Shown here: positions 37,234-46,886 of the stretch, one piece after another | How the letters are laid out: the number at the start of each line of letters is the position of its first letter | Numbering within the stretch: the stretch's first letter is position 1 | Program-made: the position numbers and the translations under genes | The notes under the pieces: model-generated | Database searches by the model: none | What the model saw: only the letters and a program-made list of their open reading frames with translations | Told to the model about the DNA's origin: nothing | NCBI GenBank assembly: GCA_021786945.1 | Contig: JAJYMK010000001.1 | Span: 64,794-128,793 of the forward strand | Length of the DNA stretch: 64,000 nt | Reading direction: 5' to 3' | DNA from: a bacterium | Lineage (GTDB): Bacteria > Patescibacteriota > Minisyncoccia > UBA6257 > 02-FULL-45-10c

Positions 37234-38964
37234 TTATTTTAACATTTTTAACATTTTTTCGAATGGCCAGGCATTTATAATATCTTTCTTTTGACACCAT
37301 CCCCTGCGGGCCTGAGCAATTCCATATTCCAAATAATCAAAATGGCTTGCCAGATGACCATCGGAATCAATAGACATTTTTACTCCGGCATCAATGCATT
37401 TTCTTATATATTCATCTTTCAAATCCAGCCTGTTCGGAAAAGAATTTATTTCTAAAATAGTTCCGGTTTTTTTAGCCGTCTCAATAATTTTATTTATATC
37501 CAATTTATAAGGTTCCCTCTGATTTATAATCCTACCGGTTGGATGAAAAATAATATCCACATTTTTATTATTCATAGCTTTTATCATTCTTTCCGTTTGC
37601 TCTTCCTCGGAAAGATTAAAAGAAGAATGAATTGAAGCACCAACAACATCGAGTTGGAATAAAATATTATCGGGCAAATCTAAAGATCCATCTTTCAATA
37701 TATCGCATTCTGTGCCTTTTAAGACTTTAAAATCTAATCCCTCTTTTTCCATTTTTTTATTTACTAAATCTATTTCTTTCCATTGCTGCTTTATTTTTTT
37801 TTCGTCTAAACCATGAGCAATTGTAAGATGTTTTGTGTGGTCGGTAACCACAATATACTTTAAGCCCCTTTTAAATGCCGCCCTAGCCATCTCCTCTACC
37901 GAATTGACGCCGTCGGACCAATTAGTTTGAACTTGTAAATCACCTTTTAGATCACTATATCCAATAAGTTTAGGTAATTTATTTTTTTGTGAAGCTTCAA
38001 TTTCACCCCCCATCTCTCTGAGCTCTGGTTCGATATAATGCATTCCTAATTTTTCATATAAATCATTTTCTGTTTTTCCAGCAATCTGCTTATCACCCTC
38101 AAATAAACCATATTCATTAAGCTTCCAGCCTTTTTTTATAGCCAGCTCTCTTAAAGCAATGCCGTGGTCTTTCGAACCGGTAAAATAATTAAGCGCAGCA
38201 CCATAGGATTCTTTCGGAACCACGCGTATATCGGCATCTAAACCATTTTTAAGCCTAACTGAAGATTTTGTTTTCCCGTAAACTAATACGCTTTCGGTTT
38301 CCGGCATGCTAGTAAAAAAATCCATAATAGGTTTAGAATTTTTAGAAATAACCAAAATATCTATATCTCCTATAGTTTCTTTTCTTCGGCGTACAGAGCC
38401 GGCCACATCCACTCTCTCCACATCTTTTATTTTTTCAAATTTTTCTTTAATAATCCTGATTTCCGGCATAACAAAACCGAGTACCATCCTACCTCCTGAT
38501 TTTTTAAAAAATTCTATACTTTTCAAAATTTTTTCTTGGCTTTTTTCTCCGAATCCCTCTAATTTACTGATTTTATTGTTCTTTAAACAATCTTCAAGAT
38601 CTTTAAGATTTTTAATCTTAAGCGCCTCATAAAGATGCCTGATTGTTTTAGGACCCAGACCTTCAATATTTAAAAATTCTTCAATTTTTATTGGCCACTT
38701 CTTTTTCAAATACTCCAAATATTTAACCTTACCGCTTTTCAAAAACTCTTCTATTTTTTCGGCTATTGAAATACCCACACCGGGAATATCTTCCAATGCT
38801 TTAATGCCTCCTTTTTGATAAATAATATCTAAATCTTCCTGAAAATCATTAATTACTTCGGACGCTTTTGTATAGGCATGCGGTTTAAAAAGAACACCGT
38901 CCATTTCCAAGTAAAATGAAATTTCGCTGAGAATTCTTGCTATTTGTTTATTTAATCCTTTCAA
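37234..38964 (-). CDS. polX: DNA polymerase/3'-5' exonuclease PolX (PolX-PHP)
   Basis: HhH motifs, AGS.RR...IGDID, YFTGSK.H and a PHP domain (TDH, SDGH). Confidence 0.93.
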   Translation of the reverse strand: MKGLNKQIARILSEISFYLEMDGVLFKPHAYTKASEVINDFQEDLDIIYQKGGIKALEDIPGVGISIAEKIEEFLKSGKVKYLEYLKKKWPIKIEEFLNIEGLGPKTIRHLYEALKIKNLKDLEDCLKNNKISKLEGFGEKSQEKILKSIEFFKKSGGRMVLGFVMPEIRIIKEKFEKIKDVERVDVAGSVRRRKETIGDIDILVISKNSKPIMDFFTSMPETESVLVYGKTKSSVRLKNGLDADIRVVPKESYGAALNYFTGSKDHGIALRELAIKKGWKLNEYGLFEGDKQIAGKTENDLYEKLGMHYIEPELREMGGEIEASQKNKLPKLIGYSDLKGDLQVQTNWSDGVNSVEEMARAAFKRGLKYIVVTDHTKHLTIAHGLDEKKIKQQWKEIDLVNKKMEKEGLDFKVLKGTECDILKDGSLDLPDNILFQLDVVGASIHSSFNLSEEEQTERMIKAMNNKNVDIIFHPTGRIINQREPYKLDINKIIETAKKTGTILEINSFPNRLDLKDEYIRKCIDAGVKMSIDSDGHLASHFDYLEYGIAQARRGWCQKKDIINAWPFEKMLKMLK

Positions 38965-38974
38965 AGCAATATAT

Positions 38975-39628
38975 TTAACCCGTTAAAGGAGGTTTGTGAT
39001 CGCGGATTTCCGCAACCGGAGAAGTTTGAGGGGGTAAAACCATTTTTGGAAAAGTTATTACAATAAAAGCCGAAACCAGGGAAAGGCATCCGCCTAAAAT
39101 AAATATAGCGTTAAAACCAAAAGCTTGGGCGATCATACCACCTAATAATCCGGCAATACCCGAAGATATACCTATAGCCGTACTATCAAGGGAGTAATCA
39201 AACGATCTGCGCTTGTCATCCAGATGATGCGAAAATATTCCTGACCAAGATGGGGTATATAAACCAAAAGCGATTGCTTGAATAGTTTGAAAAAAATACA
39301 ATTGCGGTATTGTGCGTACCACTATATAGCCAAAAGCGGAAATACCAGCCAAAATTAAAGCGGCGACTAAAGCGTAAAAATCATCTTTTTCTCCATCTGT
39401 TTTATCCAAAAAATTAGCTATGGGCAACTGAATCAACGATCTAATAAGCCAATAAAGTGCGGTTGTTATTCCAACCGTCGCTAAAGTAGCTCCTTGAATT
39501 TTATTAATTATAAAAACAGAAAAAATAGGAGAAATAAAGCCCCATCCCGCCATGAGCATCATATCGGAAAATACAAGTGTTTTTATAATTTGGCCAACTT
39601 TCAAATTTACATCGATTTTTATTTTCAT
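38975..39628 (-). CDS. Half-size MFS transporter
   Basis: About six TM segments with an MFS loop motif (FLDKTDGEK). Confidence 0.75.
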   Translation of the reverse strand: MKIKIDVNLKVGQIIKTLVFSDMMLMAGWGFISPIFSVFIINKIQGATLATVGITTALYWLIRSLIQLPIANFLDKTDGEKDDFYALVAALILAGISAFGYIVVRTIPQLYFFQTIQAIAFGLYTPSWSGIFSHHLDDKRRSFDYSLDSTAIGISSGIAGLLGGMIAQAFGFNAIFILGGCLSLVSAFIVITFPKMVLPPQTSPVAEIRDHKPPLTG

Positions 39629-39654
39629 AATATAAATTTTATCAAATTTAATGG

Positions 39655-42195
39655 TTAATTTACACCTCTTTCAAAAATAATTTCCTCTCCCTTCAAAATT
39701 ACGGATAATTTATCTCCTTTTTGTATTTCATTTTTAAGAATCTTCTCCGCCAGCACACTTCTTATTTTATCCGAAATTACTCCCCTTAAAGGCCTTGCAC
39801 CAAAAACCGGATCATAACCCCAGACCGCCAATTTTTTAACAGCTTCTTCACTAAATTCCATCTCTATTCCATGAGAATCCATTAGATCCTTGGCTAAATC
39901 CTTAAGAGATAATTTTGCTATGGAAACAATATTTTCCTGAGATAAATTTTTAAAAACAATTATTCCGGAAAAACGGTTTATAAGCTCGGGTTTAAAATAA
40001 TCTGTAAGTTTTTTCTTGAGATCATCTCCGATCTGGGATATCGATCTGCCGCTTTCAATACTTTCTTTAATAAAAGTCGAGTGGGCATTTGATGTGGCGA
40101 TTATTATGGTATTGGTAAAATCTGCAACTCGCCCAAAATTGTCGGATAACCGGCCATCATCAAATACCTGCAAAAATATATTCAAAATATCCGGATGTGC
40201 TTTTTCGAATTCATCCAAAAGTACTATGCTATAAGGTTTCTTCATTACGGCATCAGTAAGATTACCGCTCATCGATCCGTCAGGTGATCCAATAAATTTG
40301 AAAATGCTCTGTTTGTCTTGATATTCAGACATATCAAAACGAATCATTGCGTCTTTTGATCCGAATTGTATGGAAGCCAACAATTTAGAAAGCTCTGTTT
40401 TACCCACGCCCGTAGGTCCAACAAAAAGAAATGTAGCTATAGGACCGCCTTTCCTGGAAAGACCGCTCCTATATTCACGCAAAGCTCTAGAAACAGCCTT
40501 TACCGCTTCTTCTTGATCAATAAATTTTTCATGTATAATATTTTCTAAATTCAAAAGCTTTAAAGCTTCAGAATCGCCAGCCTGCCTTAACGGTATAGAA
40601 ATCTTGCGTTGAGCCACGTCTATAACATCATCCCCATTCAAAACCTTATCCCCCCTTTCTTTGGCATTAGAAATTGATTCTTTCAGTAATTCTGCGGAAC
40701 TGGTAAGAATTGATTTTTCTTTAAAATATTTTGATGACAACAATACTGTTTGTTTTATAGCATTAAAATTTATTGTTATTTTAAATTGCTTCTCTAAAAT
40801 TAAAGCTTCATAAACTAAAAGCTTCATAGCTTCGGCTGAAGAAATATCGGGAACATCAATTTTTTCAAAAGCCTCAACAAACTGCCCCTGGCTTTCCGAC
40901 ATTTGCCTGAATTCTCTTGGAAATGTCGTGGCAACCACAGAAAAAACACTCGAATTGAATGACGGCAAGAATATATCAGCCGCATTCAAACCAATCTTAT
41001 CTGACATTTTTAATAAATTGTGAATTTCTGGAATAAATAAAATTACATTCCCCGCGGCAACAATTTCGTTCACTATTTTATTTACCCTTATTTGAATTTC
41101 GCTTTGTTGCGCGCCCGTCAATAAATCTGTAATTCGCAATTTTACCACCCTCTTATCAAAAAGCTGCGGCGGAACCTGATCTTTTGTTATTTTATAAGCC
41201 AAATGCTTAACAATGGTATCTTTACCAACGCCGGGGTCGCCAACCAAAAGAGCGTTTGGTCTGCCAGCTCTGGAAATAACATCTATTAATCTGTCATATT
41301 CCTGTTCATGACCAACCAAAAAACCGATAGATTCAGTATCAGCGTAATCAGTCAAATCATCGCTAAATTGATCGAGAAACGGAGTCGGTCTGGCAGTCCA
41401 CGCCCTGTTCATAACACGATGCCTTACTTTATATGGCCTAGAAAAAGAAATAAATTGGTCTAACGAACTTGGTAACGCCCTGAGAAAACTTAAGGAATTA
41501 TAATAATTACTGAAAATCATCGAATTTTCTAAATCTCCCGGATCTATGTTAAAAAATTCAAGAACCCTTAAAACCCCATGACTATCGCAATAACTCAATG
41601 TTGCAAAAATATCTTTCGGAGTAATATATCTATTTCCGGAAGCCGCAGCCTGCCTTAAAGCCAATGTCAATATTTTTTCTATTTCTTTCCTTAAAGCCTC
41701 ACGATGCGCCTCTCCGGATCCGTAATCCTTTTTTTGTTCCAATGAAACAGCCAATGACTCCTCTATTTTATTAACAAAATCTTCGGTTTTTATATCCATC
41801 CTGCTTAATCCCGATTTTATATCTCCTCTTTCCACTAGTTTCTTCATCAGATAAAGATAAAAATTTCCGCCTAAAAGCAAAGACCTATCAAATGCGTATT
41901 CGATAACGGAAAAAGCGGCGGGAGCCGTATATTTTGAAAGATTTACTTTGCCCGAAAGTTCACCACGCAAAGAACGGTCGGCTCCGCCTAAATGCCTTAT
42001 AAAATCAACTAAAAACAATACAAGTAAAATTCCTAGCCAAAAAAACCACTTGATAGTAGAAGTTAGCGATAAGAAACAAATAGCCAGCAAAACAGCGAAG
42101 CTGAAATAAAAAACCAATCGGACAAAAAATCTTCCTATATGAGACATTCTGAGTCTTGGATCTTCAAAATATAATTCTAATTTTTTATCCGGCAT
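39655..42195 (-). CDS. ClpA/ClpB-family AAA+ ATPase with N-terminal TM segments
   Basis: GDPGVGK, GPTGVGKTE, RFDMSEY, LLDEFEKAHP and GARPL motifs; two N-terminal TM segments. Confidence 0.88.
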   Translation of the reverse strand: MPDKKLELYFEDPRLRMSHIGRFFVRLVFYFSFAVLLAICFLSLTSTIKWFFWLGILLVLFLVDFIRHLGGADRSLRGELSGKVNLSKYTAPAAFSVIEYAFDRSLLLGGNFYLYLMKKLVERGDIKSGLSRMDIKTEDFVNKIEESLAVSLEQKKDYGSGEAHREALRKEIEKILTLALRQAAASGNRYITPKDIFATLSYCDSHGVLRVLEFFNIDPGDLENSMIFSNYYNSLSFLRALPSSLDQFISFSRPYKVRHRVMNRAWTARPTPFLDQFSDDLTDYADTESIGFLVGHEQEYDRLIDVISRAGRPNALLVGDPGVGKDTIVKHLAYKITKDQVPPQLFDKRVVKLRITDLLTGAQQSEIQIRVNKIVNEIVAAGNVILFIPEIHNLLKMSDKIGLNAADIFLPSFNSSVFSVVATTFPREFRQMSESQGQFVEAFEKIDVPDISSAEAMKLLVYEALILEKQFKITINFNAIKQTVLLSSKYFKEKSILTSSAELLKESISNAKERGDKVLNGDDVIDVAQRKISIPLRQAGDSEALKLLNLENIIHEKFIDQEEAVKAVSRALREYRSGLSRKGGPIATFLFVGPTGVGKTELSKLLASIQFGSKDAMIRFDMSEYQDKQSIFKFIGSPDGSMSGNLTDAVMKKPYSIVLLDEFEKAHPDILNIFLQVFDDGRLSDNFGRVADFTNTIIIATSNAHSTFIKESIESGRSISQIGDDLKKKLTDYFKPELINRFSGIIVFKNLSQENIVSIAKLSLKDLAKDLMDSHGIEMEFSEEAVKKLAVWGYDPVFGARPLRGVISDKIRSVLAEKILKNEIQKGDKLSVILKGEEIIFERGVN

Positions 42196-42557
42196 TAGTT
42201 TGGAAAATTAATAATTATTTTATAAATACAAAATAATGGTATGGCCATCCAAATCAAAAAAATAAATCCACAAAACAACAAAAATACTAGATAAAAAAAA
42301 GATGCAATTGTTATCCTTATAGACCTAAGAAAAAATCCCAGAACATATCCCAAAAAACTGTAATCCTGATAAAGGGGTTGAAAAATATTTTGTAAATTTA
42401 TCCTCAAAGCCAGCTTGTAATCCATTTTTTCCAAGCGACTCACCACCCAATTAAAAAACTTGCGAAAACCACGGATATACCAATGATAACCAAAATAATA
42501 AACCCAGAAAAAAAATCTGTTTAAAATATAAATAACCGAAACACCGAGGTAATCCAT
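42195..42557 (-). CDS. Membrane protein coupled to the Clp ATPase gene
   Basis: HWY and FQPLYQD...G..LG...R motifs; the stop overlaps the Clp start codon. Confidence 0.7.
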   Translation of the reverse strand: MDYLGVSVIYILNRFFFWVYYFGYHWYIRGFRKFFNWVVSRLEKMDYKLALRINLQNIFQPLYQDYSFLGYVLGFFLRSIRITIASFFYLVFLLFCGFIFLIWMAIPLFCIYKIIINFPN

Positions 42558-42579
42558 ATAAAGTAATTATAACAGAAAT

Positions 42580-43881
42580 TTAAAGCTTTTTTGAGCGTTT
42601 TTTTGGTCCGGCAAACAAAGACTTTTCCTCTTCCGAAAAAATATTTATTAACCCAAATTGACCGTCAAATCCAGGATTTATACTCAATCTCCCATCCCTT
42701 ACTCTTTTTATGCCCTCGGCTATTTCCGCCCTAGAATTTAAAGCTATTTCTTTAACATCGGCATTTAATAAAACATCGAATTCTGAATTAAAAGCCCTGA
42801 TTAATTTCCAATATTCTTTTTTAACTTTATTTGAAGATCTTCCGACATTTAAAGCCTCTCCAATTATTGAATCGAGAGTCACTAAACTTTTATAGGGAAC
42901 TCTTTTTTTATCGACAAATCCCTCCAGCCTGTCAGCAAGTTTTTCTATGCGGCTTAATACACCAATGGTCATTTTTTTTCCACATTTTGGACAAATTTCT
43001 TTAAGTTTTAAAGTTTCTTTAGGTTTACACGAAAATCCACAAGCTAAATGGCCGTCTAAATAATATTTTCCTTCTTCGGGAAAGAACTCAACTGTATATA
43101 AAAATCCTGATTTATTCCCCTTTCGGCTCGGCGCGCTGTTTTTTATGGCCTCCATCATTGCTTTATAAGAAAATTCGCAATTAAAAACATTAGCCTCCCT
43201 ACCTATTCTTTCCAAGCTATGGGAATCAGAATTGGAAACCAAAGCAATATTATCAAGCTTGGAAAGCCTCCAATTCATCGCCGGATCACTGGAAAGACCG
43301 GTTTCAATAGCAAAAATTTTATCGGCATACTTTCCAAAACATTCCTCTAAAGAATCAAAGCCGCTCATTGATCCGAACACAGAAAACCACGGAGTCCATG
43401 CGTGAGCCGGGATAATTACACAATCCTCATTTATTCCAAAAATTATCCCAGCCAGATCCTCACAATCTAAACCCAATATAGGTCTGCCATCGGAAGCTAG
43501 GTTGCCTATTTCCGAAAGTTTTATATTTATTTTTTCAGCGCTTTCAATATCCGGAGAAAAAATAATATTATGAACTCTCTTGGTTTTTCCATTTTTTGAA
43601 TAAATACTGGAAATCTCGGTGGAAAGTATAAATCTCGTATCAGCCAATTCGCCTTTTATATTTTTTATTTTAAATTCACTTTTCAATTTAAAAAAACCAG
43701 GCTCTGCCGGCTCGAGCTTATTTTTTAACTCGCTAAAATAATACGGGTGCGTAAAATCCCCGGTACCCATTAATTTGATTCCTTTATCGCTAGCCCAAGC
43801 ATCCAATTCTTCTAAATTCATTTTAGGCGAAACAGCACGCGAATATTTGGAATGAATGTGTAAATCCGCTATAAATTGCAT
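42580..43881 (-). CDS. Endonuclease Q-family PHP protein (YqxK/TIGR00375-like)
   Basis: ADLHIHSKYS, GTGDFTHP, PAHAWTPW, ETGLS, SNSDSHS and a CxxC zinc finger. Confidence 0.88.
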   Translation of the reverse strand: MQFIADLHIHSKYSRAVSPKMNLEELDAWASDKGIKLMGTGDFTHPYYFSELKNKLEPAEPGFFKLKSEFKIKNIKGELADTRFILSTEISSIYSKNGKTKRVHNIIFSPDIESAEKINIKLSEIGNLASDGRPILGLDCEDLAGIIFGINEDCVIIPAHAWTPWFSVFGSMSGFDSLEECFGKYADKIFAIETGLSSDPAMNWRLSKLDNIALVSNSDSHSLERIGREANVFNCEFSYKAMMEAIKNSAPSRKGNKSGFLYTVEFFPEEGKYYLDGHLACGFSCKPKETLKLKEICPKCGKKMTIGVLSRIEKLADRLEGFVDKKRVPYKSLVTLDSIIGEALNVGRSSNKVKKEYWKLIRAFNSEFDVLLNADVKEIALNSRAEIAEGIKRVRDGRLSINPGFDGQFGLINIFSEEEKSLFAGPKKRSKKL

Positions 43882-43928
43882 AGATGGATTATAACAAAAA
43901 ACTCCGGCTATGAAAGCCGGAGTTTGTT

Positions 43929-44261
43929 TTACTTATAAATTTTTATAAATATCGTAGCCAAAATAATAAAGACGATTATTGCGGCTAAAATTGCCCTTAA
44001 AGATCCTATTCGTGGAGCAAGAAAATAAATTGTCAGCATATACGGCATCCAAGCGACTATTGTTCCCAATAATACAAAAAGGGCATGACTAGAAACTTCT
44101 TTTGGGCCGGAAATTTCTCCGATAAACAAATAAGAAAGCCAGGTAAATACAGGAGTTAGGGCGGCTAGACGTGAAAGCAGCGGAAAACCGCTTGACTCAA
44201 AATAAACTATCGAAGTCGTTATTAACCCGCCAACCACAAAAGTAAAAAAATATTGAAGCAT
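43929..44261 (-). CDS. Small four-TM membrane protein
   Basis: FVVGG motif; four hydrophobic segments. Confidence 0.65.
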   Translation of the reverse strand: MLQYFFTFVVGGLITTSIVYFESSGFPLLSRLAALTPVFTWLSYLFIGEISGPKEVSSHALFVLLGTIVAWMPYMLTIYFLAPRIGSLRAILAAIIVFIILATIFIKIYK

Positions 44262-44263
44262 AA

Positions 44264-44767
44264 TTAAAATTCTACAACCGCAACAGCTATATCAGCCGGT
44301 TCGTCGGAATAACTTATTGTGATTTTTGATTTTTTGTGGGAATTTTTTATTTTTTTAGCCATGCTTACCGCTAATTCATTTTCCGTAGTAAGTCCGACTA
44401 AATCATTACCAACTTTTTTCAAACTAATCAATCTGTGCATAGGGTCCTTCGCAAAAGCTGATTCGGCTACATTTCCAATTAAATTAACAATTTCTTCTGC
44501 GGCTTCCTTAGGAATATTTTTTATAACCAACTTACCTTCATATTGTTTATTTTTAATCATCGCATCCGCCGGGCAAAGCATAAATTTAACCGGCGCATCT
44601 TCACCGCCTTTAAAATTTACCTCGCTATGATGCCAAGCCTTACCGAAATACGCCGCCTTACATTTAGGGCACAAAATCAACCCCTTCTTGCCGCTACCAA
44701 ACTCCTCCATTTCATGTTCCGGCTTTGTCGGCCTATTTTTATATTGTGATTTAAATTTTTTAGCCAT
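44264..44767 (-). CDS. BCAM0308/NMD3-like zinc-binding protein
   Basis: CPKC...Y..KAW, LCPA, DPMHR and TTEN.LA motifs. Confidence 0.7.
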   Translation of the reverse strand: MAKKFKSQYKNRPTKPEHEMEEFGSGKKGLILCPKCKAAYFGKAWHHSEVNFKGGEDAPVKFMLCPADAMIKNKQYEGKLVIKNIPKEAAEEIVNLIGNVAESAFAKDPMHRLISLKKVGNDLVGLTTENELAVSMAKKIKNSHKKSKITISYSDEPADIAVAVVEF

Positions 44768-44786
44768 ATTTTTATAAATTAATAGT

Positions 44787-45911
44787 TTATTTAATTATCG
44801 CATAAACCAACGCAATTAAAAATATCCCTAATAAAAACGGCAGAGTGGCCTTAGTAAAATCACTGTTAAAAAAATCGTTAGTTGGCCTTATTTTATTTGC
44901 CCGCAACCAAATAAAAATCAATAAAATTATTTCTAAAGGAATAAATACCGATCCCGTAAAAGAAACTGCTTCCGTAAAATTTCTCATTCCCAATAAATAT
45001 AAAATGGGCGGAATGGAAACTACAAAAAAACCAGCCAATGACGGCGAAAAAGAAAAATCATATTCCAAAATATGCCTCGTATTTAAACCTACTAAAACAT
45101 AAGAACTCACCAAAGATAAAAAACCCAAAACACCCAAAAAAATTATAAGCCATTGGGGCGATTGCCCGATTAAACCGGTTACGGAATCAGCTGAAACAGT
45201 TTTGGATAAAGCTATAATTCCCAAGACAAAAGCTCCATAGCCAAGTGCCGGCAAAAATCCGCCCAATAACAAAGATCTTTTTAAAAATTTAAGAGGAGAA
45301 CTAGATTCTTTAAAATATGCCACCACCTCCGGGATCGTCATAACTCCGGATAAAGCAAAAAGCACCGGGCCAATAACACCCAAAGAATTTAAATTAAATT
45401 TAAAATCTGAAAATGCAGAAAAATTTAATTTTCCGGCACCGAAACAAAAAACTACAAAAATTATCAAAATAATTCCGCTTACAATAAAAAATTCAGATAG
45501 GGCCACATTCTTGTTGTTCATCAGCACTAAAATAGAACTTAGTATCCAGAAAAACAACAAATGAGAAAGATGGCTACCTCCAAAAATAAGACCAATAAAA
45601 CTTGGCGCTAAAATAAGATAAACCGTCAAAACCAAAAGTAATTGAACTAAACCAATAACAACAGCTGCCCAAAAACCTGTTTTTCCTAAATATATTTTCG
45701 AATAACCCACGAATCTATGTTCCCCCTCTGTTCTCAAAACGATGTCCGCATAAATAAAATAAACCAGTGCATATACCAAAGAAAAAATAAACAGAGATGT
45801 AATTCCGGCCAATAATCCGTAGTTTTTAAAAACAAAAGGCAGGGAAAATATCCCCGCCCCAATTATGGTTCCGGCCAGCATACTGGCCGGTAAAAAAATA
45901 TTTTTATACAC
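44787..45911 (-). CDS. Aromatic amino acid permease family transporter
   Basis: GTIIGAGIFSLP motif with about 11 TM segments. Confidence 0.85.
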   Translation of the reverse strand: MYKNIFLPASMLAGTIIGAGIFSLPFVFKNYGLLAGITSLFIFSLVYALVYFIYADIVLRTEGEHRFVGYSKIYLGKTGFWAAVVIGLVQLLLVLTVYLILAPSFIGLIFGGSHLSHLLFFWILSSILVLMNNKNVALSEFFIVSGIILIIFVVFCFGAGKLNFSAFSDFKFNLNSLGVIGPVLFALSGVMTIPEVVAYFKESSSPLKFLKRSLLLGGFLPALGYGAFVLGIIALSKTVSADSVTGLIGQSPQWLIIFLGVLGFLSLVSSYVLVGLNTRHILEYDFSFSPSLAGFFVVSIPPILYLLGMRNFTEAVSFTGSVFIPLEIILLIFIWLRANKIRPTNDFFNSDFTKATLPFLLGIFLIALVYAIIK

Positions 45912-46254
45912 GGTAAACCTTAAAACCTTCTTTGACTGGCTTCTTTGTTTTTACACCAACTTCTTGACCCTTTTTGGCTTTAGAAATTTTTTCATGTTCA
46001 AACTGCATAGATTTTAAAGACTGAGAAAAATCACCGTGAGGACCCTCAAAACAAACCTCTTCACCAACTGCCATAGCTTGATTAAATTTAATGACTGCTA
46101 CACAAATTTTATCGTAAAAATGTTTAACTTCGCCTACCGGCTTTCTTTTGGATGTTGGTTTTTTAACTATTTTTTTAACTTTTTTCTTTATAATTTTCTT
46201 GGCTTTTCTCGCGGCCTTCTTTTTCGAATTTTTTTTAACTTTTTTCTTTTTCAT
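45904..46254 (-). CDS. Lys-rich protein with translation-factor-like / U32 C-terminal beta-barrel
   Basis: VGEVKHFYDKI.VA, SMQ and GQEVG.K motifs. Confidence 0.7.
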   Translation of the reverse strand: MKKKKVKKNSKKKAARKAKKIIKKKVKKIVKKPTSKRKPVGEVKHFYDKICVAVIKFNQAMAVGEEVCFEGPHGDFSQSLKSMQFEHEKISKAKKGQEVGVKTKKPVKEGFKVYRV

Positions 46255-46266
46255 ATTAGCGATTAT

Positions 46267-46860
46267 TTATCCCCTTTTAATACCGTTAGACTTTTTATCT
46301 TTATCAATTTCCGCAATTATTTTATCAACTAAATCCTTTATATCTCTTGAATAAACCACTCTTCCCGGACCACGATGCATCTTCTCTACAATTCCTCTTA
46401 ACTCATCTGCGGTTCCTCCTGTTCCCTCCAACACACCCATAGGTTTCTGATCTTCAAAACCAATTGTAAATTCGTTTAATGTTCCCATTCTGCCACAAAT
46501 AGTAATAACAGCATCCGAAGAACGTATTAAAAGCAAGTTTCTTCCGGAATACTCAAAGCCCGTATACATAATCATATCGTGGAAATCGGTCGGTAAATGA
46601 TATGTTTTTATATGAGCAGTTTCCGAAGCGGCCGGAGAAATACCAAAAACTATACCGCCTTCTTCTTTGGCTCCTTTCGCGGCCCAATAAGGGATACCGA
46701 CGGTGGCTCCCGTTACAAGGACCATTCCTCGCCTGGCAATTTCCCTGCCAAGCTCCTCAGCCTTCTCGGCGGCATCAACAGTACAATGACCGGTATCAGC
46801 CGCACCCGAAATACAAATTTTATACTTTAAATGTTGTCTTCTGCTTAATTTTATAGCCAT
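46267..46860 (-). CDS. LOG/SLOG family protein (TIGR00725-like)
   Basis: TGA..G, GISP, RN.....SDA and GTLNE motifs. Confidence 0.85.
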   Translation of the reverse strand: MAIKLSRRQHLKYKICISGAADTGHCTVDAAEKAEELGREIARRGMVLVTGATVGIPYWAAKGAKEEGGIVFGISPAASETAHIKTYHLPTDFHDMIMYTGFEYSGRNLLLIRSSDAVITICGRMGTLNEFTIGFEDQKPMGVLEGTGGTADELRGIVEKMHRGPGRVVYSRDIKDLVDKIIAEIDKDKKSNGIKRG

Positions 46861-46886
46861 ATAATTATTATAATAAATTTTTAAAA

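Noticed and set aside
36703-43881. NUDIX, PolX, Clp ATPase and EndoQ-like genes as a novel defence island
   Set aside because: These are common repair or housekeeping families with host-like composition and no mobility signals.
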